A stretch of 63,686 nucleotides of DNA from a virus. Positions 10,394 through 21,400 of the stretch are shown in pieces. Numbering within the stretch: position 1 is the stretch's first letter; each line of letters begins with the position of its first letter. The stretch is from UHGV virus genome UHGV-0312038; one strand, written 5' to 3'. The translations under genes and the position numbers were made by a program. The notes beneath the pieces were generated by a model. It was not told the DNA's origin and made no database searches. It worked only from the letters and a program-made list of their open reading frames with translations.

Positions 10394-10867
10394 ATGAGAG
10401 TAGACATTCTTGAACCTGATATAGACCTTAACAAAGCCATTGATACTCTGGGCCGTGTACTGGGGCCCATGCTCGGAAAAGCATGGGAAAACAAGCGTAA
10501 GGCCTATGACGACAAGCCGTTCAATCTCAATGTCAATGTGTTTACCCAGCTCTGGATAAACAAGGACATGAAGATTTTTGTCGCCTATGATGATAATGAC
10601 AACAATAATGTTGTCGGGTTTCTCACCGGTACTGCGTACCGGCCTATGCAGTACAGCGCCCGTGTTTTCCAGATACAGGACTGGTACACCGGCAACAGAC
10701 CTGAAGTAGAGAAGGCCCTGTTCAGCTTCCTCTCTGAAGCTGTGAAATTCCTTGGGACTGATGAAATCCTTATCTCCAATACTGAGGGTGAGGGAATCCC
10801 GAATATTCCGGGAAACTGGAAAGAAGAAACTGTCATTACAACGCGCAGGTTCGTTAAGGTGCAGTAA
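10394..10867 (+). CDS. hypothetical protein
   Basis: 157-aa ORF. Confidence 0.45.
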   Translation: MRVDILEPDIDLNKAIDTLGRVLGPMLGKAWENKRKAYDDKPFNLNVNVFTQLWINKDMKIFVAYDDNDNNNVVGFLTGTAYRPMQYSARVFQIQDWYTGNRPEVEKALFSFLSEAVKFLGTDEILISNTEGEGIPNIPGNWKEETVITTRRFVKVQ

Positions 10868-11655
10868 TGTACGCCGATGACCTTGAATGCAATCCGAAGC
10901 ACGGTACGAACGACCAGCAGTATGGGCTGTTCGCTAATATCCTTGCTGACGCCGCTATTCTTTCAGCGGCCTACAACTCCGCACGGGCTGTAGATATTGC
11001 AACAAAGGAATGGAACATGGCCAAGAAGTACTGGCGCATCGCCCGTAACTGGCTTGACCATTACAAAGATTACTACGCTCCTGTTGAAGATCAGGAGATA
11101 AACGAAGCGCTTAATATCCCGGCTGAAACGCCCCAGTATGACGCTACCGAAGGACGCGCCAGAACCGCGGCCATGCTTCAGTTCCGCGGCCAGCTTAAGA
11201 AGAGCATGCGCTGTACCTCCCGGTACTGTACAGGGCTCCGTAAGGATATGCTTACCAATATTCTTTCCGCTCAGGCTGACGCTCTGAGCCTTGCTGAGGG
11301 TCTTGGGTACAGGAATGAGCGTGCCTATCTGGAGTCTCGTGATGACGTGCGGTTCAGCAAGATGCTGAACACGGCCAAGCGTGGGCGTGATATTATAGCT
11401 GACAATGTGTCCCTGATTAAGACTTCCGCCGGTATCTATGGCAACCTGTACAATCAGGCGTGGGAAGGACTGGCCGGAGCAGGACAGTATCTTGGATACT
11501 CTGCCAACAGAAACACACCGTCTTATCCTACGGAGTACCTGTCCCGTACTGACATTAACCTTGGCTACACACGCGGTGCCATAAGAGGTGAAGTACGGGG
11601 AGCGATTGAGGATACAGCCGCTGCCAATGAGTCACTGCTGAAGGAGAGCTTCTAA
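10867..11655 (+). CDS. hypothetical virion protein
   Basis: 262 aa. Confidence 0.45.
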   Translation: MYADDLECNPKHGTNDQQYGLFANILADAAILSAAYNSARAVDIATKEWNMAKKYWRIARNWLDHYKDYYAPVEDQEINEALNIPAETPQYDATEGRARTAAMLQFRGQLKKSMRCTSRYCTGLRKDMLTNILSAQADALSLAEGLGYRNERAYLESRDDVRFSKMLNTAKRGRDIIADNVSLIKTSAGIYGNLYNQAWEGLAGAGQYLGYSANRNTPSYPTEYLSRTDINLGYTRGAIRGEVRGAIEDTAAANESLLKESF

Positions 11656-12620
11656 TGCCTGAATGTACATGTGCAGACCCTACCGCTGTATCCAATGCTA
11701 TCAATCAGCAGAGCAGTAATCTCTCTTCCAGTGTCAACGCTCATGGCCAGACGCTTGACCAGACTCTCTATGGTCAGACGCTCCGTGCCGGTACTACAGG
11801 GGGCAACTCCCGTTCTACTGGTACAGGACAGGCCAGCCACGGCGCTATAGGGCCGCTCCGGTTCTGTAACTGGGCCGCTCCTGAATATGGCCCTGAAGGT
11901 GAGAACCTCCGTACTCTGGCGTTTAAGGGCGCGGCTCTGGCTATTGCCATTGCTAATGGCATAGCACAGGGACAGATAGCTGACATGCAACAGGACTTGG
12001 CTAATTCCTATTATGATATGGCCAAGTACAAGTGGGACAGGTTCAGCAGGAAATATGTGCCGCTGGAAAAGAAACTGCTCAACGAGGTAAGCTCCGAACC
12101 TGTACGGACACTCCAATGTGGCAGTGCGCGCAACAGGGCTGATTCCTCTGTGAACAGCGCTTACAATGAAGCGGAGATATACCTGTCGCAGAAAGCGAAG
12201 CAGTTCCATCTGTGCATGGACAGCTCATTAATGGGCAGTTTCAACCACAGAAAGGCGCTGGCTCTGGCGGATACGGCGAATTATAACCTTGCTGATGACC
12301 AGTGGTATACCGACTACAAGAACGATAAGCGCTGGAACCGCCGCAGTTCTGTACTCAATCTTGGCCGCAACCTTGGTTCTGAAGCGACCAGTTACGGTGA
12401 TGTGGCGCGTTCCCTTATGGGCAACGTCAGCTCCCAGATTGAGAATGCCGCCAAGGGCCTGATGTCCGCTCTTGGATATTACGGCGCCCGTAATGACACA
12501 TATTACCCAACTTCATATCTGGGGCAGACAAACGCCCCGCTTGCTAATATAGGCACTATGGCCGGCAATGGCGCGCAGTCCGCTCTGGACGCCAGCTCGG
12601 CTCTGGATGCCAGCCGATAA
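11655..12620 (+). CDS. hypothetical virion protein
   Basis: 321 aa. Confidence 0.45.
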   Translation: MPECTCADPTAVSNAINQQSSNLSSSVNAHGQTLDQTLYGQTLRAGTTGGNSRSTGTGQASHGAIGPLRFCNWAAPEYGPEGENLRTLAFKGAALAIAIANGIAQGQIADMQQDLANSYYDMAKYKWDRFSRKYVPLEKKLLNEVSSEPVRTLQCGSARNRADSSVNSAYNEAEIYLSQKAKQFHLCMDSSLMGSFNHRKALALADTANYNLADDQWYTDYKNDKRWNRRSSVLNLGRNLGSEATSYGDVARSLMGNVSSQIENAAKGLMSALGYYGARNDTYYPTSYLGQTNAPLANIGTMAGNGAQSALDASSALDASR

Positions 12621-12630
12621 GGAGACAGTT

Positions 12631-13107
12631 ATGGCTTTTCTCGGCAGTCTCGGTTCAGTAGTCGGAGCGCTTGGGTCTCTGCTTCCCGGCTATATGCAGG
12701 GTGAGCGTCAGGCTGTACAGGACAACTGGGCTGACCTTAACTATTACAACAAAGCTCAGGCCGGACAGCTTCAGAATATGTATGACGAGCGTGTGATGAA
12801 TGACCGCATTAATATGGCTCATGACAACGCGCTCATGCAGAGCAACGTTCGGGCAAACTCTGACCTTACTCTGTTCAATAACTATCTGTATGAACCCTAC
12901 ACAATCAGACGGGCTCAGTGGGATACGGCATACGCCGACCAGCTCAATAACGCCCGCATCGGGCTGACACTTACCGGAGCGAACATGGCAATGAGTAACC
13001 CAATGACCCTGCTTGGCTCCATGGGTCTGGGCGGTATGGCTGGTAATAATATGCCCATTGGTGCAGGTGGTATGCCCGGGGTTAACTTATACCCCAGCAG
13101 AATGTAG
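12631..13107 (+). CDS. hypothetical virion protein (Gly/Met-rich C-terminus)
   Basis: Internal ATG of the listed ORF 12568..13107. Hydrophobic N-terminus. Confidence 0.4.
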   Translation: MAFLGSLGSVVGALGSLLPGYMQGERQAVQDNWADLNYYNKAQAGQLQNMYDERVMNDRINMAHDNALMQSNVRANSDLTLFNNYLYEPYTIRRAQWDTAYADQLNNARIGLTLTGANMAMSNPMTLLGSMGLGGMAGNNMPIGAGGMPGVNLYPSRM

Positions 13108-13116
13108 GAGAAGATA

Positions 13117-14169
13117 ATGGCGCGAAATATTTATGAACCTGTTAATGCCAATGGACAGGTGATACGGGTACAGACTACCCCCACTCAGCAGATGCAGGGT
13201 GCAGTGGTTCAGCGACCGGCGGGATTTACTGCCCCGGCCCCGCGTCCTGTTGTTCTGAATAATGGGTACAACTATTCTCTCCCCGGTTCTTACGAAGGAT
13301 ATACTCAGGCTGGTATTCCACCGATTATGGGGCAGGTCAGCCCGTACGCACGCATAGGCCTTACCCGTCAGATGAACGGCGCTGTCACGCCGCTTATCGG
13401 GTTCCCCTCTGTGTATCCTCATGTTGTTGACGGGAATTACTATGACTACAGTCAGCCGCTCGTCCTGTCCGCTCTGGCCGCCGCTATGGCTAACTGGAGC
13501 CCGATTCCCGTAATGGGTGCTGGTGGACGCGGCGCTACCCTTGCTGGTGCTGTAAATCATGGAGGCGGCACTGGAGGCGGGGCTCCCCGTACAGAAGGAA
13601 CTCCTGCTCCTGTAGCTATGCCTTCCCAGCCTGCCCCTGCTTACGGCGGCGCTGGTCTCCGCCTCGGCCCCCGTCAGCAGACGCTCCCCGGTGTTGCGTA
13701 CAGGACTACTCCTGCCGAAGAACGGATGCCGCGATGGGGCGCCAACCAGACTGACTACTGGGGTGGTATCACAGGCAACGGCAATTACGCAGTGAATAAT
13801 CAGACTCTCAGCGATACGGTCTTCCCGCCTCAGAACGGCGGGCTTCGTCCTGACGTCCTACAGGCACAGGAAAGATACAGCGCCGCTATGGGGCTTTCCG
13901 ATTATCCCGCACAGCAGAGCGTCCCCGTACAGCGCGCCGCCACTGCACAGGATGAACCCGTGAGAGTAGCACCCCAATTATCGAATCCTTTCCAGAATCC
14001 CTCTGTACCGCGGTATAATCTGACAATGCCTCAGGTCAGTCAGAGTGTCCCTGCCGGGGCAGACTACGCTCCTCAGCGTCTCCCGCCTCTGTACGACCCC
14101 GCGCGCATCAGTCCTTTCATGGATGCCAGTGACAGGGGTTTTGCCAGAATGAATCCGTTCTCTCGTTAA
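13117..14169 (+). CDS. virion protein carrying one copy of the RPDVxQAQERY-AAMGLSDYP module
   Basis: 350 aa. Shares a roughly 40-aa module with the next gene. Confidence 0.5.
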   Translation: MARNIYEPVNANGQVIRVQTTPTQQMQGAVVQRPAGFTAPAPRPVVLNNGYNYSLPGSYEGYTQAGIPPIMGQVSPYARIGLTRQMNGAVTPLIGFPSVYPHVVDGNYYDYSQPLVLSALAAAMANWSPIPVMGAGGRGATLAGAVNHGGGTGGGAPRTEGTPAPVAMPSQPAPAYGGAGLRLGPRQQTLPGVAYRTTPAEERMPRWGANQTDYWGGITGNGNYAVNNQTLSDTVFPPQNGGLRPDVLQAQERYSAAMGLSDYPAQQSVPVQRAATAQDEPVRVAPQLSNPFQNPSVPRYNLTMPQVSQSVPAGADYAPQRLPPLYDPARISPFMDASDRGFARMNPFSR

Positions 14170-14182
14170 GGAGTTAATATCA

Positions 14183-15070
14183 ATGGCTACCAGAGGAAGA
14201 AAACAGTCTATATCCGCTCAGGATATTCTCCTGATGATGATTAACGATGCTATCAATGATGTCAGCGATGGCAATTATCTTGGCCGTGTCGCGTCCGGAC
14301 GGGAGGAAACAGCACCAGCTCATGCTCCTTCCACATACGGCTATTTACAGGCCGCACGCGCGGCGGCTCCTGCGGCACCGGCGGAATCCGCCGCTCCTGC
14401 CACTCCTGCCGCTCCTGTGATTAATACTGCTCCGGTAATAAGGCAGATGCCGGATGCCTACCAGCCTATCCATGTTGGTCTGCCCCCGCTCAGTACGTAC
14501 ATGCCTTCTCCTGCACAGCAGAGCGCCCCCGTGCAGTCGTTCTCTCCTCTGAGCACGGAAGTTCGTCCGGATGTGGTACAGGCGCAGGAAAGATATAATG
14601 CCGCTATGGGGCTCTCCGATTATCCTGTAGGGCCAAACGCCCCCCTGCGGTTCCTCCCTAACCCCCTGAACACAGCGGTTCGTCCGGATGTGGTGCAGGC
14701 GCAGGAAAGATACGGTGCCGCTATGGGGCTTCCGGATTATCCCGTACAGCAGAGCGCTCCTGTACAGATGCTTCCTAATCTCCTGAACACAGAGGTTCGT
14801 CCTGATGCGGTGCAGGCACAGGAAAGATATAACGCCGCTATGGGTATCTATGACTATCCTGTACAGGAGGAAGCCGGTTTCCGTTTCACTGCGCCTATCC
14901 CCATTCCTTACCCTGCGACAACCGGCCCCGTTGCTAACAGTAACGCTCTTCTCAGCACGCATGCTCCGGCCACAAATGGCGGTACTCTGGCAGATTCTAT
15001 CCTCCGCAATGGGTATGACTACATCCAGAGCGTCGATAACCGCAGTCCTGTACAGATTACAACCCGGTAA
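14183..15070 (+). CDS. virion protein with four tandem copies of a roughly 40-aa repeat (VRPDVVQAQERYNAAMGLSDYPV...)
   Basis: 295 aa. The repeats are visible in the translation. The antisense ORF 14345..14962 is a repeat artefact. Confidence 0.5.
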   Translation: MATRGRKQSISAQDILLMMINDAINDVSDGNYLGRVASGREETAPAHAPSTYGYLQAARAAAPAAPAESAAPATPAAPVINTAPVIRQMPDAYQPIHVGLPPLSTYMPSPAQQSAPVQSFSPLSTEVRPDVVQAQERYNAAMGLSDYPVGPNAPLRFLPNPLNTAVRPDVVQAQERYGAAMGLPDYPVQQSAPVQMLPNLLNTEVRPDAVQAQERYNAAMGIYDYPVQEEAGFRFTAPIPIPYPATTGPVANSNALLSTHAPATNGGTLADSILRNGYDYIQSVDNRSPVQITTR

Positions 15071-15076
15071 TGACCC

Positions 15077-15325
15077 ATGTTAGAAGATATTCTTCTGTCC
15101 AATGACAAATCAGAAAGTCCGGCGGTGGATGTTGTCCTTCCGGTAATGGACCGGATTGAACTCCAGAACAGGTATCAGCCTATGTCCCCCGAGGATACGG
15201 CACGTACCCGTCTTTTGCTAATGGCGGCGCAAAATGCTATTAATCCAGTAACGGCTCCGAAAGAGTATCCTACGGATTATGATAACGAACTTCGGGACCT
15301 TATAGATTCAGTAAATGTGGAGTAG
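15077..15325 (+). CDS. hypothetical small protein
   Basis: 82 aa. Confidence 0.4.
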   Translation: MLEDILLSNDKSESPAVDVVLPVMDRIELQNRYQPMSPEDTARTRLLLMAAQNAINPVTAPKEYPTDYDNELRDLIDSVNVE

Positions 15326-15330
15326 CATCC

Positions 15331-18300
15331 ATGGCCTTTGACATCCCCCGCGTATCAGGCACAGTCCAGCCTAACAAATTAATAGACGACACCCAGCTTA
15401 TCAGTGTTCTGGCCAGACAGATTCTTGCGTCCCGTCTGGCTCAGGCACGCGCCGCCGCTGGCGGGGGCCGGCGCGGCAGGGGACGCGGGAACGGTTCATC
15501 CGGTAAAGTTACATACGCCAACGTCCTTGACCCGAAAACAGGGAAGTACGTACAGGTTCCCATTACCGGTAACTCCAAAGATGAGCGCAAAGCCAACCTT
15601 CAGGCTTTGGAGCATAATCAGACAGTTGACAGCGTGCGCGCTGACCCTGCGCTTGGCAAGCTCGATGCTGTACTGAATGACCCTAAAGCCAGTAACGAGA
15701 CAAAGCGTGAGACGCTGGCGTCAGTCCGTAAGGAACTCAATCAGAAATACGGAGGCACTGATGATGCCTCCGCTATTATCGCGCGTGAACTGGCCGGAGC
15801 CAACAATCAGGTCAAGACTGAGAAGAAGGCCATTGACGACACCAGCGGTTTCTCCAGTCTTATCGATAGCGCCCGTATCGGAGCGGAGTCCCTGTCTAAC
15901 TGGATTAGCACGCTTGGCGATGACGACAGAACCCGTGACAGAAAAGACCAAGAATCGCAACAGCGTATTCAGGCTATCATAGACAGCAACCCCGACCTGA
16001 AAGAGACTGACCTTCGCACCAGAGAGGGCCGCGGTCTTACTGACCGTAATGATGATTTCATAGGTACCGCGCGCAGCATGGTGAATACCATGGTACAGGA
16101 CCCCGGTACTGCTTTACAGACAATCGGTACAGCGGCTGGTGTTCTTGGCGCGTCCGCCCTGACAGGAGGTACGGCCGCTGTTCCGCTGGCCGGATTAATC
16201 GGAGGTACGCTGGCAGGGGCCGCAGGTAACGCTGTCAGCGGTGATGTCGGTCTTCGTCAGCGTCTTGCCGAAGACGAGACTCTTAACGAAGACCAGCGCA
16301 TCGCCGCGTATAATGACGCTAAATACAGAGAGGCCGCAATGAACGCCGCCATAGGCGGCGCGTCCGGCCTTATCCCCGCCGCGGCATCCCGTATCGGGGC
16401 TGGTCTTATCCGTTCCGGTACAGGAAGCGCGGGACGTGAAGCCCGCTCTATGGCGGAAGATATTGTCGATAAGACCCTGACAAGCAGAGCCGCCGCCCGG
16501 CAAAGCGCTGAGGTTCCGGCAGAGGCCATAACCAGTGCTGAAAGACAGCAGATGGTTAATCAGGTTATGCGTGATGAAACGGCACCGTATATCATCCAGA
16601 GGGAAGTGCTCAACAGACCTGTGAAGTACGGCGCCGTACCTGCTGTAGCGGAAGGAGCCGCGTCTAACGCTGTTAATACTCTGGGCAGTAACGCTAACTA
16701 TAATGCCGCTACCGGAGAGAATAACAGCATCACTAACGGTATTGGTGAGTCTGCTCTGTACGGCGGTCTTATGGCTGGTGCCGGCGGTGCTCTTGGTCTG
16801 GCGGGACGGAGAATCCTTAACAGGAACAATACCACGACACCGGAAGCTCCTGCTCCTATGCAGTACAGAGCGGAAGATTTTACGGCAGAGAAAAAAGTTG
16901 AAACTCCGGCGGCCGCAACAAACCCGGCCGCTCCGGAGACCACTGCTTCCACCGCCACTCCGGAGACCCCGGCCACTCCTACCGCTCCTGAGGCTCCTGC
17001 TTCCACTGTCACTCCGGAAACTCCCGCTTCTCCTGCCACGACGGAAACGCCCGCTTCTCCTGCACCTGAAGCGCCTATTGCTCCTGTACAGGAGAACATT
17101 GCCGCCCCCGCTCAGGGAACGCCGGCCATGGCTTCTTCTGTACAGGAGCATCCGGTAGCCCCTTCCGCTCCCATGGAAAGAGTCGAGACGCCTCTGTCCA
17201 GCCTGATGGCGCAGACCCAGAGGTCTGCGCTTGATACCAGTACGGGACTTCTCCCCGGTATTACTCCTGACATGGTGCCGGCTGGAACTGCGAAAAGAGC
17301 CAGACAACAGAGGACTGCCACATCTGGAAGAAAGAGGAAGTCCGCCGCCCCGCAAAACAGGGATATGGTTCTCCTTGATTTGATTAATGAGGACAGAGCC
17401 AGACAGGCTCTTCCGCCCATTACCACGAATACTGCACCGGTAAATATCAGCCCCGCCGGAAAGAGAAGACGTAGTGGAAACACGAAGCGCAATCAGACAA
17501 ACATACAGGGAACGCAATCAGTTACCCCCGATGGAACTGTTGGACAACTCAGAGAAGGAACAGTTAATCCGCAGGATACTAACGTTAATAGCCCAGTGGC
17601 AGCCAATACCGCAGGAATTATTGAACCCATTACCAATAGAAACCCTGCGGAAAATAGAGCAGATAATCAGGGAAATCAGACGGCAGGGAGCGGCAGGTGG
17701 CCCAATGAAAACGCCCCTGCGCCTGAAAATTATGCGGTCAATGCTGGAGAACAGGGGAGTACCGCAGGAAGACCAGAGCCGGCTGACCGAGGACGAGGTA
17801 CTGAACCAGCAACCGTTGGAAATGCAGAGTCAGGTCAGAGCGCAGGAAGCCTTGGGACAGAAAGAGGCACAGGCCAGAGAAGCCCTGATACTGGAGAAAA
17901 GCCTAAGCCGCTGACAAAAATCCAACAGCAGAAGATGCACGACTCCCTACAGGACTACTTCTCCAGTACCGGTACGGAGAAGCTCTCTAATGAACAGGCA
18001 GCTGATATGCTCAACTCCCTGTTCCTGAGACAGGATGACGCGGCTTTATCTACTGCTAAATCAGCGCCTAATCTCAGGTCCCTGATTTATATACGGGGCC
18101 GGTATGCACTTGGCAGGAAAGCCCCCAAGAGCATTGGACAGATGTTCCCGAAAGAAGTCGGTAATATTATCACTGACAGAATGAACCGGTACAAGGAATC
18201 AAACGGACAGGACAGTAGTGCATTATTCACCGCTGATGATGTGGATGAGATTAAATATCTCTCCGATATGCTGAACAGCGACAGAGCGCACAGCAACCTT

Positions 18301-18390
18301 AGCGCCGATGCTGTCTCCCCGGAGAAGCTCTCCTCTCAGACAGAAAAGGCGAAGAAGGCATTTGATGGGGACAACGACTGTATTTCCTAG
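15331..18390 (+). CDS. large virion protein with a Pro/Thr-rich (TPETPATP) low-complexity linker. Possible internal/ejection or tail protein.
   Basis: 1019 aa. PT repeats at about aa 520-590. Confidence 0.55.
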   Translation: MAFDIPRVSGTVQPNKLIDDTQLISVLARQILASRLAQARAAAGGGRRGRGRGNGSSGKVTYANVLDPKTGKYVQVPITGNSKDERKANLQALEHNQTVDSVRADPALGKLDAVLNDPKASNETKRETLASVRKELNQKYGGTDDASAIIARELAGANNQVKTEKKAIDDTSGFSSLIDSARIGAESLSNWISTLGDDDRTRDRKDQESQQRIQAIIDSNPDLKETDLRTREGRGLTDRNDDFIGTARSMVNTMVQDPGTALQTIGTAAGVLGASALTGGTAAVPLAGLIGGTLAGAAGNAVSGDVGLRQRLAEDETLNEDQRIAAYNDAKYREAAMNAAIGGASGLIPAAASRIGAGLIRSGTGSAGREARSMAEDIVDKTLTSRAAARQSAEVPAEAITSAERQQMVNQVMRDETAPYIIQREVLNRPVKYGAVPAVAEGAASNAVNTLGSNANYNAATGENNSITNGIGESALYGGLMAGAGGALGLAGRRILNRNNTTTPEAPAPMQYRAEDFTAEKKVETPAAATNPAAPETTASTATPETPATPTAPEAPASTVTPETPASPATTETPASPAPEAPIAPVQENIAAPAQGTPAMASSVQEHPVAPSAPMERVETPLSSLMAQTQRSALDTSTGLLPGITPDMVPAGTAKRARQQRTATSGRKRKSAAPQNRDMVLLDLINEDRARQALPPITTNTAPVNISPAGKRRRSGNTKRNQTNIQGTQSVTPDGTVGQLREGTVNPQDTNVNSPVAANTAGIIEPITNRNPAENRADNQGNQTAGSGRWPNENAPAPENYAVNAGEQGSTAGRPEPADRGRGTEPATVGNAESGQSAGSLGTERGTGQRSPDTGEKPKPLTKIQQQKMHDSLQDYFSSTGTEKLSNEQAADMLNSLFLRQDDAALSTAKSAPNLRSLIYIRGRYALGRKAPKSIGQMFPKEVGNIITDRMNRYKESNGQDSSALFTADDVDEIKYLSDMLNSDRAHSNLSADAVSPEKLSSQTEKAKKAFDGDNDCIS

Positions 18391-18405
18391 GAGCCAGAGA
18401 CAGCT

Positions 18406-21400
18406 ATGAGTGATTGTTACGGGAGTAAAGACGTAGAAAACGAGATGAAACAGGACGGCGGCGGTTTCACTCAGGGCAGTTTCAATAATGCCGCTGATAC
18501 GGATACAGCAGAGCCCTCTGTTCCTGACGCTGAAGCGGACGTTATCTCGCAGAAGGTTAATACGGCGAACAGTATTAACGAGAATATCGGCTCCGCCCCC
18601 GCCGGAGGAAGTGTCCGTCTCACCCAGACAGACGAGAAAGCTATTGGCAGAATGGCCTCAGCTTACATTAAAGAGGTCAATAAGTATCGTGAGAATGAAG
18701 AGAAGGCCGTAGTCAGCAACTTCAAAAATCTCACGGGACGCATTGCCAAAACAATGAACCTGTACACCAGAATCTCCAGCGGTCTGGCCCGTAAATTCAC
18801 GGACAAGATGGCCCCCGTGTACATGTTCCTTGCCCGTACCTTTCCTGTACAGGGGCGCTCTGTTATGGAGCACCCTGTTGTAAGTGCTATACAGGACGGG
18901 CTCCGTACTGTCTCCGGGCTCCGTTCCGGATATTCTGAACAGCTTGATAATATACGCAAGCTCACCAGAAAGTACCTCAGGGACAGCGCTATCTCTACCA
19001 ATAAGGCCCTTGAGCTTATAGGCGACAGGCTCAATCTCTCCCAGATGTCTGTACATACTGACATTATCCTGCGCAACTGGGACAGGCGGATGCAGGAGAT
19101 TAAGAAAATCGCGGAAGATGAGCAGTTCGAGATACAGAATCCTGACGCCAATAAGCGGCATATTGACCTTAGTGATGAGTACGAGAGATTACTGGTCAAC
19201 TATGAATGGCTCACAGCCAACCGCGACAGCACAGGCCCATTCATCTATGATGAGAAGCACCCTACAGCGGGACTGCTTGATAATGACGCCGCTATCCGTG
19301 ACGGCAAAATCAAAGACCTGCTTGTTCAACATGGCATAAGCGAACAGCAACAGCAGGAAATCATGAGCAAGATGGCCGGTGTAATCCGGTCTTCCATGAC
19401 TGACCTGTCAAAGGCCGGACAGGTTTTCCCCGAGCAGATCCGGTACTTTGCTGATTATGATGACTTCGTTCCGTTCGCGTCAAACCGGGACAACATCAGC
19501 AGACCAGTAACAGATACCGATGCGTACCTTCCCGGTAACTTCCATCAGGCTCAGGGTATGGTGAACCCGCCTGTCAGCGCGTGGTATACCATACAGCATT
19601 TCGCCAACAGGGCCGCCGCGCGTGTCGGTATGTCCAAAGCGGCTATAGCCATGTACACTGCACAGCAGGCCATGAACTCCAACCGCAGGATGCTCAGCAG
19701 GCTTAAAGCCTACAACGAGGTTGTTAAACAGGGTATCGACCCGTTCAGTAAAGACGCTGACAAAAACATAAATGCCCGTTTCAGGAACTTTACAGCTGAT
19801 GATTTGGCTAAAGCCAGAGACCTTGAGAAAAGAACGAAGCAGGGCGGGAAAGATACCAATGACTATGCCATGACGCATAACCCGTTCTACTCTGTAAGGT
19901 GGGACAGGCTTATGCGTATGCAGTTCAGCTGGAGTGAAGCTGAACGGAACATGTACTACGCCATTACAAGCTCAGCCGCGCATGGCGGCGGCCTGTCTTT
20001 CATCGCTCCCAGAATTAATTCCAATGGCAAATATGTCCATGACAAAGACGGCAACGTATCCTACGCCCGTATGTTCATACAGTTCAACGCATCGTACAGT
20101 GATGAGAAGAGCAACATCACAGGCACCAAACTAAATGATGCCCTGACCTCTGTACTGCGTAACGATGAACGGCTGAATTACCTTGCCAAAGCTACAGCCC
20201 TGATGGGCCATTCCTGTACAAGCCTCAACATTGGGTTCGCTCCCTGCAACGGCGCGCGTGACCTTATGGAACGCGGCGTTAATATGGCTAACCGTGACTA
20301 CGTTGACAGCTATGGTCAGCATGTTCCCGGATATAAACTGCTCGCCGGCTATGTAAGCCAGCTCCCCAAGGCCTTTAACGCAGTGATACATCAGGTCACA
20401 GGCAGGCTTGACCCCAACAGTGAGTACGGGAAGTATTTCAAAGAGTTTACTGACACTGGTCTGCACTACACTTACTCACGTGCTATCGGTAAGGAGAGCA
20501 CCTCCCTTATCAATAACATTGATAACCTCAACAAGATCTATGCCGATAAGAAGAACGCCCAGACGGAGAAGACAATAGACCGTATCGCCTCCCGTTTTGG
20601 CGAGATGCGTGGGATTGTTTCCAAATGGATATATGCATGGAATGACGTCTGGAACCTCACTCCATCACTGGCACAATACGTGGCCATGCGCAAACGCAGT
20701 ATTGAGCCATCCCAGACAGCCAACGCTGTATCGGAAGTTATGGACCAGAGCCAGACAGGCCAGTACACAAACGCTCTGCGCATGTTCTTCCCTTTCACCA
20801 ACCCTACACTTCAGGGCGCGCGTGCCATGCTTCGTACCGTGGGGCTCGCTCCGGGCGCGGACGGTGGTTTCCATATGTCATACAGGGGTATGGCTACGTT
20901 CGTAGGCCTTACCGCTGTGGGCAACATGCTGTACAGCTTTGCCCGTGAATCTTTGGGACAGGATGAGGATACAGGCGCGTATCGTATTGACTCACTGCCT
21001 ATCAGCGACCTGTGCCGGTATATCCCCATACCGACAAACGACAAGGGTGACTATTTCAAAATGCCCATTGGCTTCGGTATCGCCCAGCTTGCGTCCAGTA
21101 TGGCAATAGCCATGGACAGAATGGAACGCGGCATCGCGTCCGCTGAGGATGTCATGCCTGAATTTATGGCCGCTATTGCCAAGCAGATGTCCCCCGCTGA
21201 CGCCCCCAGCTATAACTTCTCCATGTCCCCCGCTACGTGGCTTATGCAGGTTCTCTCCCCCGCGCTTCTCCGTCCTATAGAAGATGTCGCTGTTAACCGT
21301 AGCTATAAGGGACGGCCTATTACTTATTACAGCGCCAGTGAAGGCGCCTATACTTCAGCGGCGGATTCCGGATGGGCGACTACTGCCCCAGTATATAAGA

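Noticed and set aside
14345-14962. 205-aa minus-strand ORF
   Set aside because: Antisense to the 4x tandem-repeat gene. Its periodic composition mirrors the repeats.
16195-17517. 440-aa minus-strand ORF (R/S/G-rich) inside the 1019-aa gene
   Set aside because: Low-complexity arginine/serine composition. It is antisense to the PT-repeat region and so a repeat-driven artefact.
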